A stretch of 64,000 bases of DNA from Auanema rhodensis (Eukaryota > Animalia > Nematoda): positions 992,001-1,056,000 of the forward strand of contig OZ059897.1 of NCBI GenBank assembly GCA_964057225.1. Direction: 5' to 3'. The notes below the pieces were generated by a model, which saw nothing but the letters and a program-made list of their open reading frames with translations, had not been told where the DNA came from and did no database searches. Each line of letters opens with the position of its first letter. The stretch's first letter is position 1. Below, one piece after another: positions 1-11,934 of this stretch. Made by a program: the position numbers and the translations under genes.

Positions 1-63
1 TACATTGAGAAACGCTCAATACAAAAATTATTTATGATTGTTTGAAAAAAGATGCATTAGTGT

Positions 64-91
64 ATGTTGAGTTTCCATGTACACTCAACAT
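64..91. repeat. Intra-monomer inverted repeat: perfect 9-bp stem, 10-nt loop (first copy shown; recurs every 351 bp)
   Basis: ATGTTGAGT (64-72) / ACTCAACAT (83-91). Confidence 0.95.
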
Positions 92-98
92 TGCTTCC

Positions 99-164
99 AA
101 AAACATTTTGACAAAAATTTTCCCGAAAAATTTCAAGATAATTTTACAAAAACTAGATGTTTTT
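99..164. repeat. Imperfect A/T-tract inverted repeat region of the monomer (first copy shown)
   Basis: AAAAACAT (99-106) / ATGTTTTT (157-164); AAATTTT (115-121) / AAAATTT (127-133); TTTTG (106-110) / CAAAA (147-151). Low complexity raises the chance expectation. Confidence 0.7.
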
Positions 165-241
165 AGATTCCTTTTTTCAAGGCAAAGACGATGGACAATG
201 TTATTCAACGAAAAAATTAATTCTTCAGGGTGAAAATCGAG

Positions 242-263
242 GATATAAGTGTGAACTTATATC
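242..263. repeat. Intra-monomer inverted repeat: perfect 9-bp stem, 4-nt GTGA loop (first copy shown)
   Basis: GATATAAGT (242-250) / ACTTATATC (255-263). It overlaps the near-palindrome ATATCA-GT-TGATAT (259-272). Confidence 0.95.
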
Positions 264-276
264 AGTTGATATCTCG

Positions 277-346
277 GTGCATTTTTAAGCTAACTCACAT
301 CTGATAACACAGATCGACGCAGCTTAAAAATCCGCATCGAATGCAC
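277..346. repeat. Intra-monomer nested inverted repeat: perfect 11-bp stem plus inner and outer stems (first copy shown)
   Basis: ATTTTTAAGCT (281-291) / AGCTTAAAAAT (321-331); inner ATCTG (299-303) / CAGAT (310-314); alternative outer GTGCATT (277-283) / AATGCAC (340-346). Confidence 0.95.
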
Positions 347-3300
347 TAAACTACATTGAGAAACGCTCAATACAAAAATTATTTATGATTGTTTGAAAAA
401 AGATGCATTAGTGTATGTTGAGTTTCCATGTACACTCAACATTGCTTCCAAAAACATTTTGACAAAAATTTTCCCGAAAAATTTCAAGATAATTTTACAG
501 AAACTAGATGTTTTTAGATTCCTTTTTTCAAGGCAAAGACGATGGACAATGTTATTCAACAAAAAAATTAATTCTTCAGGGTGAAAATCGAGGATATAAG
601 TGTGAACTTATATCAGTTGATATCTCGGTGAATTTTTAAGCTAACTCAAATCTGATAACACAGATCGACGCAGCTTAAAAATCCGTTTCGAATGCACTAT
701 ACTACATTGAGAACCGCTCAATACAAAAATTATTTATGATTGTTTGAAAAATGATGCATTAGTGTATGTTGCGTTTCCATGTACACTCAACATTGCTTCC
801 AAAAACATTTTGACAAAAATTTTCCCGAAAAATTTCAAGATAATTTTACAAAAACTAGATGTTCTTAGATTCCTTTTCTCAAGGCGAAGACGATGGACAA
901 TGTTATTCAACGAAAAAATTAATTCTTCAGGGTGAAAATCGAGGATATAAGTGTGAACTTATATCAGTTGATATCTCGGTGCATTTTTAAGCTAGCGCAA
1001 ATCTAATAACACAGATCGACGCCGCTCAAAAATACGCATCGAATGCACTATACTACATTGAGAAAGGCTTAATACGAAAATTATTTATGATTGTTTGAAA
1101 AATGATGCATTAGTATATGTTGAGTTTCCATGTACACTCAACATTGCTTCCAAAAACATTTTGACAAAAATTTTCCCGAAAAATTTCAAGATAATTTTAC
1201 AGAAAGTAAATGTTTTTAGATTCCTTTTTTTAAGGCGAAGACGATGGACAATGTTATTCAACGAAAAAATTAATTCTTCAGGGTGAAAATCGAGGATATA
1301 AGTGTGAACTTATATCAGTTGATATCTCGGTGCATTTTTAAGCTAGCGCAAATCTAATAACACAGATCGACGCAGCTTAATAATCCGCATCAAATGCACT
1401 ATATAACATTGAGAAACGCTCAATACAAAAATTATTTATGATTGTTTGAAAAATGATGCATTAGTGTATGTTGAGTTTCCATGTACACTCAACATTGCTT
1501 CCAAAAACATTTTGACAAAAATTTTCCCGAAAAATTTCAAGATAATTTCACGAAAAGTAGATGTTTTTAGATTCCTTTTTTTAAGGCAAAGACGATGGAC
1601 AATGTTATTCAACAAAAAAATTAATTCTTCAGGGTGAAAATCGAGGATATAAGTGTGAACTTATATCAGTTGATATCTCGGTGCACTTTTAAGCTAACTC
1701 AAATCTGATAACACAGATCGACGCAGCTTAAAAATCCGCATCGAATGCACTAAACTACATTGAGAAACGCTCAATACAAAAATTATTTATGATTGTTTGA
1801 AAAATGATGCATTAGTGTATGTTGCGTTTCCATGTACACTCAACATTGCTTCCAAAAACATTTTGACAAAAATTTTCCCGAAAAATTTCAAGATAATTTT
1901 ACAAAAACTAGATGTTCTTAGATTCCTTTTCTCAAGGCGAAGACGATGGACAATGTTATTCAACGAAAAAATTAATTCTTCAGGGTGAAAATCGAGGATA
2001 TAAGTGTGAACTTATATCAGTTGATATCTCGGTGAATTTTTAAGCTAGCGCAAATCTGACAACACAGATCGACGCAGCTTAAAAATCCGTTTCGAATGCA
2101 CTATACTACATTGAGAAACGCTCAATACAAAAATTATTTATGATTGTTTGAAAAAAGATGCATTAGTGTATGTTGAGTTTCCATGTACACTCAACATTGC
2201 TTCCAAAAACATTTTGACAAAAATTTTCTCGAAAAATTTCAAGATAATTTTACAAAAAGTAGATGTTTTTGAAATTCTTTTTTTGAGGCGAAAACGATGG
2301 ACAATGTTATTCAACGAAAAAATTAATTCTTCAGGGTGAAAATCGAGGATATAAGTGTGAACTTATATCAGTTGATATCTCAGTGCATTTTTAAGCTAGC
2401 GCAAATCTGATAACACAGATCGACGCAGCTTAAAAATCCGCATCGAATGCACTATACTACATTGAGAAACGCTCAATACAAAAATTAGTTATGATCGTTC
2501 GAAAAATGATGCATTAGTGTATGTTGAGTTTCCATGTACACTCAACATTGCTTCCAAAAACATTTTGACAAAAATTTTCCCGAAAAATTTCAAGATAATT
2601 TTACAAAAAGTAGATGTTTTTGAATTTCTTTTTTTAAGGCGAAAACGATGGACAATGTTATTCAACGAAAAAATTGATTCTTCAGGGTGAAAATCGAGGA
2701 TATAAGTGTGAACTTATATCAGTTGATATCTCGGTGAATTTTTAAGCTAACTCAAATTTGATAACACAGATGGACGCAGCTTAAAAATCCGTTTCGAATG
2801 CACTATACTACATTGAGAAACGCTCAATACAAAAATTATTTATGATTGTTTGAAAAAAGATGCATTAGTGTATGTTGAGTTTCCATGTACACTCAACATT
2901 GCTTCCAAAAACATTTTGACAAAAATTTTCCCGAAAAATTTCAAGATAATTTCACAGAAACTAGATGTTTTTAGATTCCTTTTTTCAAGGCAAAGACGAT
3001 GGACAATGTTATTCAACAAAAAAATTAATTCTTCAGGGTGAAAATCGAGGATATAAGTGTGAACTTATATCAGTTGATATCTCGGTGCATTTTTAAGCTA
3101 ACTCAAATCTGATAACACAGATCGACGCAGCTTAAAAATCCGCATCGAATGCACTATACTACATTGAGAAACGCTCAATACAAAAATTAGTTATGATCGT
3201 TTGAAAAATGATGCATTAGTGTATGTTGAGTTTCCATGTACACTCAACATTGCTTCCAAAAACATTTTGACAAAAATTTTCCCGAAAAATTTCAAGATAA

Positions 3301-6300
3301 TTTTACAAAAAGTAGATGTTTTTGAATTTCTTTTTTTAAGGCGAAAACGATGGACAATGTTATTCAACGAAAAAATTGATTCTTCAGGGTGAAAATCGAG
3401 GATATAAGTGTGAACTTATATCAGTTGATATCTCGGTGAATTTTTAAGCTAACTCAAATTTGATAACACAGATGGACGCAGCTTAAAAATCCGTTTCGAA
3501 TGCACTATACTACATTGAGAAACGCTCAATACAAAAATTATTTATGATTGTTTGAAAAAAGATGCATTAGTGTATGTTGAGTTTCCATGTACACTCAACA
3601 TTGCTTCCAAAAACATTTTGACAAAAATTTTCCCGAAAAATTTCAAGATAATTTTACAAAAAGTAGATGTTTTTAGATTCCTTTTTTTAAGGCGAAGACG
3701 ATGGACAATGTTATTCAACGAAAAAATTAATTCTTCAGGGTGAAATTCGAGGATATAAGTGTGAACTTATATCAGTTGATATCTCGGTGAATTTTTAAGC
3801 TAACTCAAATCTGATAACACAGATCGACGCAGCTTAAAAATCCGTTTCGAATGCACTATACTACATTGAGAAACGCTCAATACAAAAATTATTTATGATT
3901 GTTTGAAAAATGATGCATTAGTGTATGTTGAGTTTCCATGTACACTCAACATTGCTTCCAAAAACATTTTGACAAAAATTTTCCCGAAAAATTTCACGAT
4001 AATTTTACAAAAAGTAGATGTTTTTGAATTTCTTTTTTTAAGGCGAAAACGATGGACAATGTTATTCAACGAAAAAATTGATTCTTCAGGGTGTAAATCG
4101 AGGATATAAGTGTGAACTTATATCAGTTGATATCTCGGTGCATTTTTAAGCTAACTCAAATCTGATAACACAGATCGACGCAGCTTAAAAATCCGCATCG
4201 AATGCACTAAACTACATTGAGAAACGCTCAATACAAAAATTATTTATGATTGTTTGAAAAAAGATGCATTAGTGTATGTTGAGTTTCCATGTACACTCAA
4301 CATTGCTTCCAAAAACATTTTGACAAAAATTTTCCCGAAAAATTTCAAGATAATTTTACAGAAACTAGATGTTTTTAGATTCCTTTTTTTAAGGCGAAGA
4401 CGATGGACAATGCTATTCAACGAAAAAATTAATTCTTCAGGGTGAAAATCGAGGATATAAGTGTGAACTTATATCAGTTGATATCTCGGTGCACTTTTAA
4501 GCTAACTCAAATCTGATAACACAGATCGACGCAGTTTAAAAATCCGCATCGAATGCACTATACTACATTGAGAAACGCTCAATACAAAAATTAGTTATGA
4601 TCGTTTGAAAAATGATGCATTAGTGTATGTTGAGTTTCCATGTACACTCAACATTGCTTCCAAAAACATTTTGACAAAAATTTTCCCGAAAAATTTCAAG
4701 ATAATTTTACAAAAAGTAGATGTTTTTGAATTACTTTTTTTAAGGCGAAAACGATGGACAATGTTATTCAACGAAAAAATTAATTCTTCAGGGTGAAAAT
4801 CGAGGATATAAGTGTGAACTTATATCAATTGATATCTCGGTGCATTTTTATGCTAGCGCAAATCTGATAACACAGATCGACGCAGCTTAAAAATCCGCAT
4901 CGAATGCACTATACTACATTGAGAAACGCTCAATACAAAAATTATTTATGATTGTTTGAAAAAAGATGCATTTGTGTATGTTGAGTTTCCATGTACACTC
5001 AACATTGCTTCCAAAAACATTTTGACAAAAATTTTCCCGAAAAATTTCAAGATAATTTTACAAAAAGTAGATGTTTTTGAATTTCTTTTTTCAAGGCGAA
5101 AACGATGGACAATGTTATTCAACGAAAAAATTGATTCTTCAGGGTGAAAATCGAGGATATAAGTGTGAACTTATATCAGTTGATATCTCGGTGAATTTTT
5201 AAGCTAACTCAAATTTGATAACACAGATCGACGCAGCTTAAAAATCCGTTTCGAATGCACTATACTACATTGAAAAACGCTCAGTACAAAAATTATTTAT
5301 GATTGTTTGAAAAAAGATGCATTAGTGTATGTTGAGTTTCCATGTACACTCAACATTGCTTCCAAAAACATTTTGACAAAAATTTTCCCGAAAAATTTCA
5401 AGATAATTTTACAAAAACTAGATGTTTTTAGATTCCTTTTTTCAAGGCAAAGACGATGGACAATGTTATTCAACGAAAAAATTGATTCTTCAGGGTGAAA
5501 ATCGAGGATATAAGTGTGAACTTATATCAGTTGATATCTCGGTGAATTTTTAAGCTAACTCAAATTTGATAACACAGATCGACGCAGCTTAAAAATCCGT
5601 TTCGAATGCACTATACTACATTGAGAAACGCTCAATACAAAAATTATTTATGATTGTTTGAAAAAAGATGCATTAGTGTATGTTGAGTTTCCATGTACAC
5701 TCAACATTGCTTCCAAAAACATTTTGACAAAAATTTTCCCGAAAAATTTCAAGATAATTTAACAAAAACTAGATGTTTTTAGATTCCTTTTTTCAAGGCA
5801 AAGACGATGGACAATGTTATTCAACGAAAAAATTGATTCTTCAGGGTGAAAATCGAGGATATAAGTGTGAACTTATATCAGTTGATATCTCGGTGCATTT
5901 TTAAGCTAACTCAAATCTGATAACACAGATCGACGCAGCTTAAAAATCCGCATCGAATGCACTAAACTACATTGAAAAACGCTCAAAACAAAAATTATTT
6001 ATGATTGTTTGAAAAAAGATGCATTAGTGTATGTTGAGTTTCCATGTACACTCAACATTGCTTCCAAAAACATTTTGACAAAAATTTTCCCGAAAAATTT
6101 CAAGATAATTTTAGAGAAACTAGATGTTTTTAGATTCCTTTTTTCAAGGCAAAGACGATGGACAATGTTATTCAACAAAAAAATTAATTCTTCAGGGTGA
6201 AAATCGAGGATATAAGTGTGAACTTATATCAGTTGATATCTCGGTGAATTTTAAAGCTAACTCAAATCTGATAACACAGATCGACGCAGCTTAAAAATCC

Positions 6301-9300
6301 GTTTCGAATGCACTATACTACATTGAGAAACGCTCAATACAAAAATTATTTATGATTGTTTGAAAAAAGATGCATTAGTGTATGTTGAGTTTCCATGTAC
6401 ACTCAACATTGCTTCCAAAAACATTTTGACAAAAATTTTCCCGAAAAATTTCAAGATAATTTCACAGAAACTAGATGTTTTTAGATTCCTTTTTTTAAGG
6501 CGAAGACGATGGACAATGCTATTCAACGAAAAAATTAATTCTTCAGGGTGAAAATCGAGGATATAAGTGTGAACTTATATCAGTTGATATCTCGGTGCAC
6601 TTTTAAGCTAACTCAAATCTGATAACACAGATCGACGCAGCTTAAAAATCCGCATCGAATGCACTAAACTACATTGAAAAACGCTCAAAACAAAAATTAT
6701 TTATGATTGTTTGAAAAAAGATGCATTAGTGTATGTTGAGTTTCCATGTACACTCAACATTGCTTCCAAAAACATTTTGACAAAAATTTTCCCGAAAAAT
6801 TTCAAGATAATTTTAGAGAAACTAGATGTTTTTAGATTCCTTTTTTCAAGGCAAAGACGATGGACAATGTTATTCAACAAAAAAATTAATTCTTCAGGGT
6901 GAAAATCGAGGATATAAGTGTGAACTTATATCAGTTGATATCTCGGTGAATTTTAAAGCTAACTCAAATCTGATAACACAGATCGACGCAGCTTAAAAAT
7001 CCGTTTCGAATGCACTATACTACATTGAGAAACGCTCAATACAAAAATTATTTATGATTGTTTGAAAAAAGATGCATTAGTGTATGTTGAGTTTCCATGT
7101 ACACTCAACATTGCTTCCAAAAACATTTTGACAAAAATTTTCCCGAAAAATTTCAAGATAATTTCACAGAAACTAGATGTTTTTAGATTCCTTTTTTTAA
7201 GGCGAAGACGATGGACAATGCTATTCAACGAAAAAATTAATTCTTCAGGGTGAAAATCGAGGATATAAGTGTGAACTTATATCAGTTGATATCTCGGTGC
7301 ACTTTTAAGCTAACTCAAATCTGATAACACAGATCGACGCAGCTTAAAAATCCGCATCGAATGCACTATACTACATTGAGAAACGCTCAATACAAAAATT
7401 AGTTATGATTGTTTGAAAAAAGATGCATTAGTGTATGTTGAGTTTCCATGTACACTCAACATTGCTTCCAAAAACATTTTGACAAAAATTTTCCCGAAAA
7501 ATTTCAAGATAATTTTACAAAAACTAGATGTTTTTAGATTCCTTTTTTTAAGGCAAAGACGATGGATAATGTTATTCAACGAAAAAATTAATTCTTCAGG
7601 GTGAAAATCGAGGATATAAGTGTGAACTTATATCAGTTGATATCTCGGTGCATTTTTAAGCTAACTCAAATCTGATAACACAGATCGACGCAGCTTAAAA
7701 ATCCGTTTCGAATGCACTATACTACATTGAGAAACGCTCAATACAAAAATTATTTATGATTGTTTGAAAAATGATGCATTAGTGTATGTTGAGTTTCCAT
7801 GTACACTCAACATTGCTTCCAAAAACATTTTGACAAAAATTTTCCCGAAAAATTTCAAGATAATTTTACAAAAACTAGATGTTTTTAGATTCCTTTTTTT
7901 AAGGCGAAAACGATGGACAATGTTATTCAACGAAAAAATTGATTCTTCAGGGTGAAAATCGAGGATATAAGTGTGAACTTATATCAGTTGATATCTCGGT
8001 GCATTTTTAAGCTAACTCAAATCTGATAAAACAGATCGACGCAGCTTAAAAATCCGTTTCGAATGCACTATACTACATTGAGAAACGCTCAATACAAAAA
8101 TTATTTATGATTGTTTGAAAAATGATGCATTAGTGTATGTTGAGTTTCCATGTACACTCAACATTGCTTCCAAAAACATTTTGACAAAAATTTTCCCGAA
8201 AAATTTCAAGATAATTTTACAAAAACTAGATGTTTTTAGATTCCTTTTTTCAAGGCAAAGACGATGGACAATGTTATTCAACGAAAAAATTGATTCTTCA
8301 GGGTGAAAATCGAGGATATAAGTGTGAACTTATATCAGTTGATATCTCGGTGAATTTTTAAGCTAACTCAAATTTGATAACACAGATCGACGCAGCTTAA
8401 AAATCCGTTTCGAATGCACTATACTACATTGAGAAACGCTCAATACAAAAATTATTTATGATTGTTTGAAAAAAGATGCATTAGTGTATGTTGAGTTTCC
8501 ATGTACACTCAACATTGCTTCCAAAAACATTTTGACAAAAATTTTCCCGAAAAATTTCAAGATAATTTTACAGAAACTAGATGTTTTTAGATTCCTTTTT
8601 TCAAGGCAAAGACGATGGACAATGTTATTCAACAAAAAAATTAATTCTTCAGGGTGAAAATCGAGGATATAAGTGTGAACTTATATCAGTTGATATCTCG
8701 GTGCATTTTTAAGCTAACTCAAATCTGATAACACAGATCGACGCAGCTTAAAAATCCGCATCGAATGCACTAAACTACATTGAAAAACGCTCAAAACAAA
8801 AATTATTTATGATTGTTTGAAAAAAGATGCATTAGTGTATGTTGAGTTTCCATGTACACTCAACATTGCTTCCAAAAACATTTTGACAAAAATTTTCCCG
8901 AAAAATTTCAAGATAATTTCACAGAAACTAGATGTTTTTAGATTCCTTTTTTCAAGGCAAAGACGATGGACAATGTTTTTCAACAAAAAAATTAATTCTT
9001 CAGGGTGAAAATCGAGGATATAAGTGTGAACTTATATCAGTTGATATCTCGGTGAATTTTTAAGCTAACTCAAATCTGATAACACAGATCGACGCAGCTT
9101 AAAAATCCGTTTCGAATGCACTATACTACATTGAGAAACGCTCAATACAAAAATTATTTATGATTGTTTGAAAAAAGATGCATTAGTGTATGTTGAGTTT
9201 CCATGTACACTCAACATTGCTTCCAAAAACATTTTGACAAAAATTTTCCCGAAAAATTTCAAGATAATTTTACAAAAACTAGATGTTTTTAGATTCCTTT

Positions 9301-11934
9301 TTTTAAGGCAAAGACGATGGATAATGTTATTCAACGAAAAAATTAATTCTTCAGGGTGAAAATCGAGGATATAAGTGTGAACTTATATCAGTTGATATCT
9401 CGGTGCATTTTTAAGCTAACTCAAATCTGATAACACAGATCGACGCAGCTTAAAAATCCGTTTCGAATGCACTATACTACATTGAGAAACGCTCAATACA
9501 AAAATTATTTATGATTGTTTGAAAAATGATGCATTAGTGTATGTTGAGTTTCCATGTACACTCAACATTGCTTCCAAAAACATTTTGACAAACATTTTCC
9601 CGAAAAATTTCAAGATAATTTTACAAAAACTAGATGTTTTTAGATTCCTTTTTTTAAGGCGAAAACGATGGACAATGTTATTCAACGAAAAAATTGATTC
9701 TTCAGGGTGAAAATCGAGGATATAAGTGTGAACTTATATCAGTTGATATCTCGGTGCATTTTTAAGCTAACTCAAATCTGATAACACAGATCGACGCAGC
9801 TTAAAAATCCGCATCGAATGCACTATACTACATTGAGAAACGCTCAATACAAAAATTATTTATGATTGTTTGAAAAAAGATGCATTTGTGTATGTTGAGT
9901 TTCCATGTACACTCAACATTGCTTCCAAAAACATTTTGACAAAAATTTTCCCGAAAAATTTCAAGATAATTTTACAAAAACTAGATGTTTTTAGATTCCT
10001 TTTTTCAAGGCAAAGACGATGGACAATGTTATTCAACGAAAAAATTGATTCTTCAGGGTGAAAATCGAGGATATAAGTGTGAACTTATATCAGTTGATAT
10101 CTCGGTGAATTTTTAAGCTAACTCAAATTTGATAACACAGATCGACGCAGCTTAAAAATCCGTTTCGAATGCACTATACTACATTGAGAAACGCTCAATA
10201 CAAAAATTATTTATGATTGTTTGAAAAAAGATGCATTAGTGTATGTTGAGTTTCCATGTACACTCAACATTGCTTCCAAAAACATTTTGACAAAAATTTT
10301 CCCGAAAAATTTCAAGATAATTTTACAAAAACTAGATGTTTTTAGATTCCTTTTTTCAAGGCAAAGACGATGGACAATGTTATTCAACGAAAAAATTGAT
10401 TCTTCAGGGTGAAAATCGAGGATATAAGTGTGAACTTATATCAGTTGATATCTCGGTGCATTTTTAAGCTAACTCAAATCTGATAACACAGATCGACGCA
10501 GCTTAAAAATCCGCATCGAATGCACTAAACTACATTGAAAAACGCTCAATACAAAAATTATTTATGATTGTTTGAAAAAAGATGCATTAGTGTATGTTGA
10601 GTTTCCATGTACACTCAACATTGCTTCCAAAAACATTTTGACAAAAATTTTCCCGAAAAATTTCAAGATAATTTTACAGAAACTAGATGTTTTTAGATTC
10701 CTTTTTTCAAGGCAAAGACGATGGACAATGTTATTCAACAAAAAAATTAATTCTTCAGGGTGAAAATCGAGGATATAAGTGTGAACTTATATCAGTTGAT
10801 ATCTCGGTGAATTTTAAAGCTAACTCAAATCTGATAACACAGATCGACGCAGCTTAAAAATCCGTTTCGAATGCACTATACTACATTGAGAAACGCTCAA
10901 TACAAAAATTATTTATGATTGTTTGAAAAAAGATGCATTAGTGTATGTTGAGTTTCCATGTACACTCAACATTGCTTCCAAAAACATTTTGACAAAAATT
11001 TTCCCGAAAAATTTCAAGATAATTTCACAGAAACTAGATGTTTTTAGATTCCTTTTTTCAAGGCAAAGACGATGGACAATGTTTTTCAACAAAAAAATTA
11101 ATTCTTCAGGGTGAAAATCGAGGATATAAGTGTGAACTTATATCAGTTGATATCTCGGTGAATTTTTAAGCTAACTCAAATCTGATAACACAGATCGACG
11201 CAGCTTAAAAATCCGTTTCGAATGCACTATACTACATTGAGAAACGCTCAATACAAAAATTATTTATGATTGTTTGAAAAAAGATGCATTAGTGTATGTT
11301 GAGTTTCCATGTACACTCAACATTGCTTCCAAAAACATTTTGACAAAAATTTTCCCGAAAAATTTCAAGATAATTTTACAAAAACTAGATGTTTTTAGAT
11401 TCCTTTTTTTAAGGCAAAGACGATGGATAATGTTATTCAACGAAAAAATTAATTCTTCAGGGTGAAAATCGAGGATATAAGTGTGAACTTATATCAGTTG
11501 ATATCTCGGTGCATTTTTAAGCTAACTCAAATCTGATAACACAGATCGACGCAGCTTAAAAATCCGTTTCGAATGCACTATACTACATTGAGAAACGCTC
11601 AATACAAAAATTATTTATGATTGTTTGAAAAATGATGCATTAGTGTATGTTGAGTTTCCATGTACACTCAACATTGCTTCCAAAAACATTTTGACAAAAA
11701 TTTTCCCGAAAAATTTCAAGATAATTTTACAAAAACTAGATGTTTTTAGATTCCTTTTTTTAAGGCGAAAACGATGGACAATGTTATTCAACGAAAAAAT
11801 TGATTCTTCAGGGTGAAAATCGAGGATATAAGTGTGAACTTATATCAGTTGATATCTCGGTGCATTTTTAAGCTAACTCAAATCTGATAACACAGATCGA
11901 CGCAGCTTAAAAATCCGTTTCGAATGCACTATAC

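Noticed and set aside
197-213. CENP-B-box-like motif on the minus strand (TTTCGTTGAA...)
   Set aside because: It matches only the 5' part of NTTCGNNNNANNCGGGN. The essential CGGG is absent at the required spacing.
277-346. tRNA-like or intrinsic-terminator structure
   Set aside because: There is no cloverleaf, T-loop or A/B-box consensus, no GC-rich stem followed by a U-tract, and no gene context.
1-351. Monomer as an ancient dimer of ~175-bp subunits
   Set aside because: I see no alignable similarity between the two halves by eye, only short A-tract motifs such as ACAAAAA that are expected from composition.
334-351. Helitron-like 3' end (small hairpin followed by CTRR)
   Set aside because: The stem is only 4 bp, CTAA is present in a minority allele (most copies have CTAT), and there are no other Helitron features.
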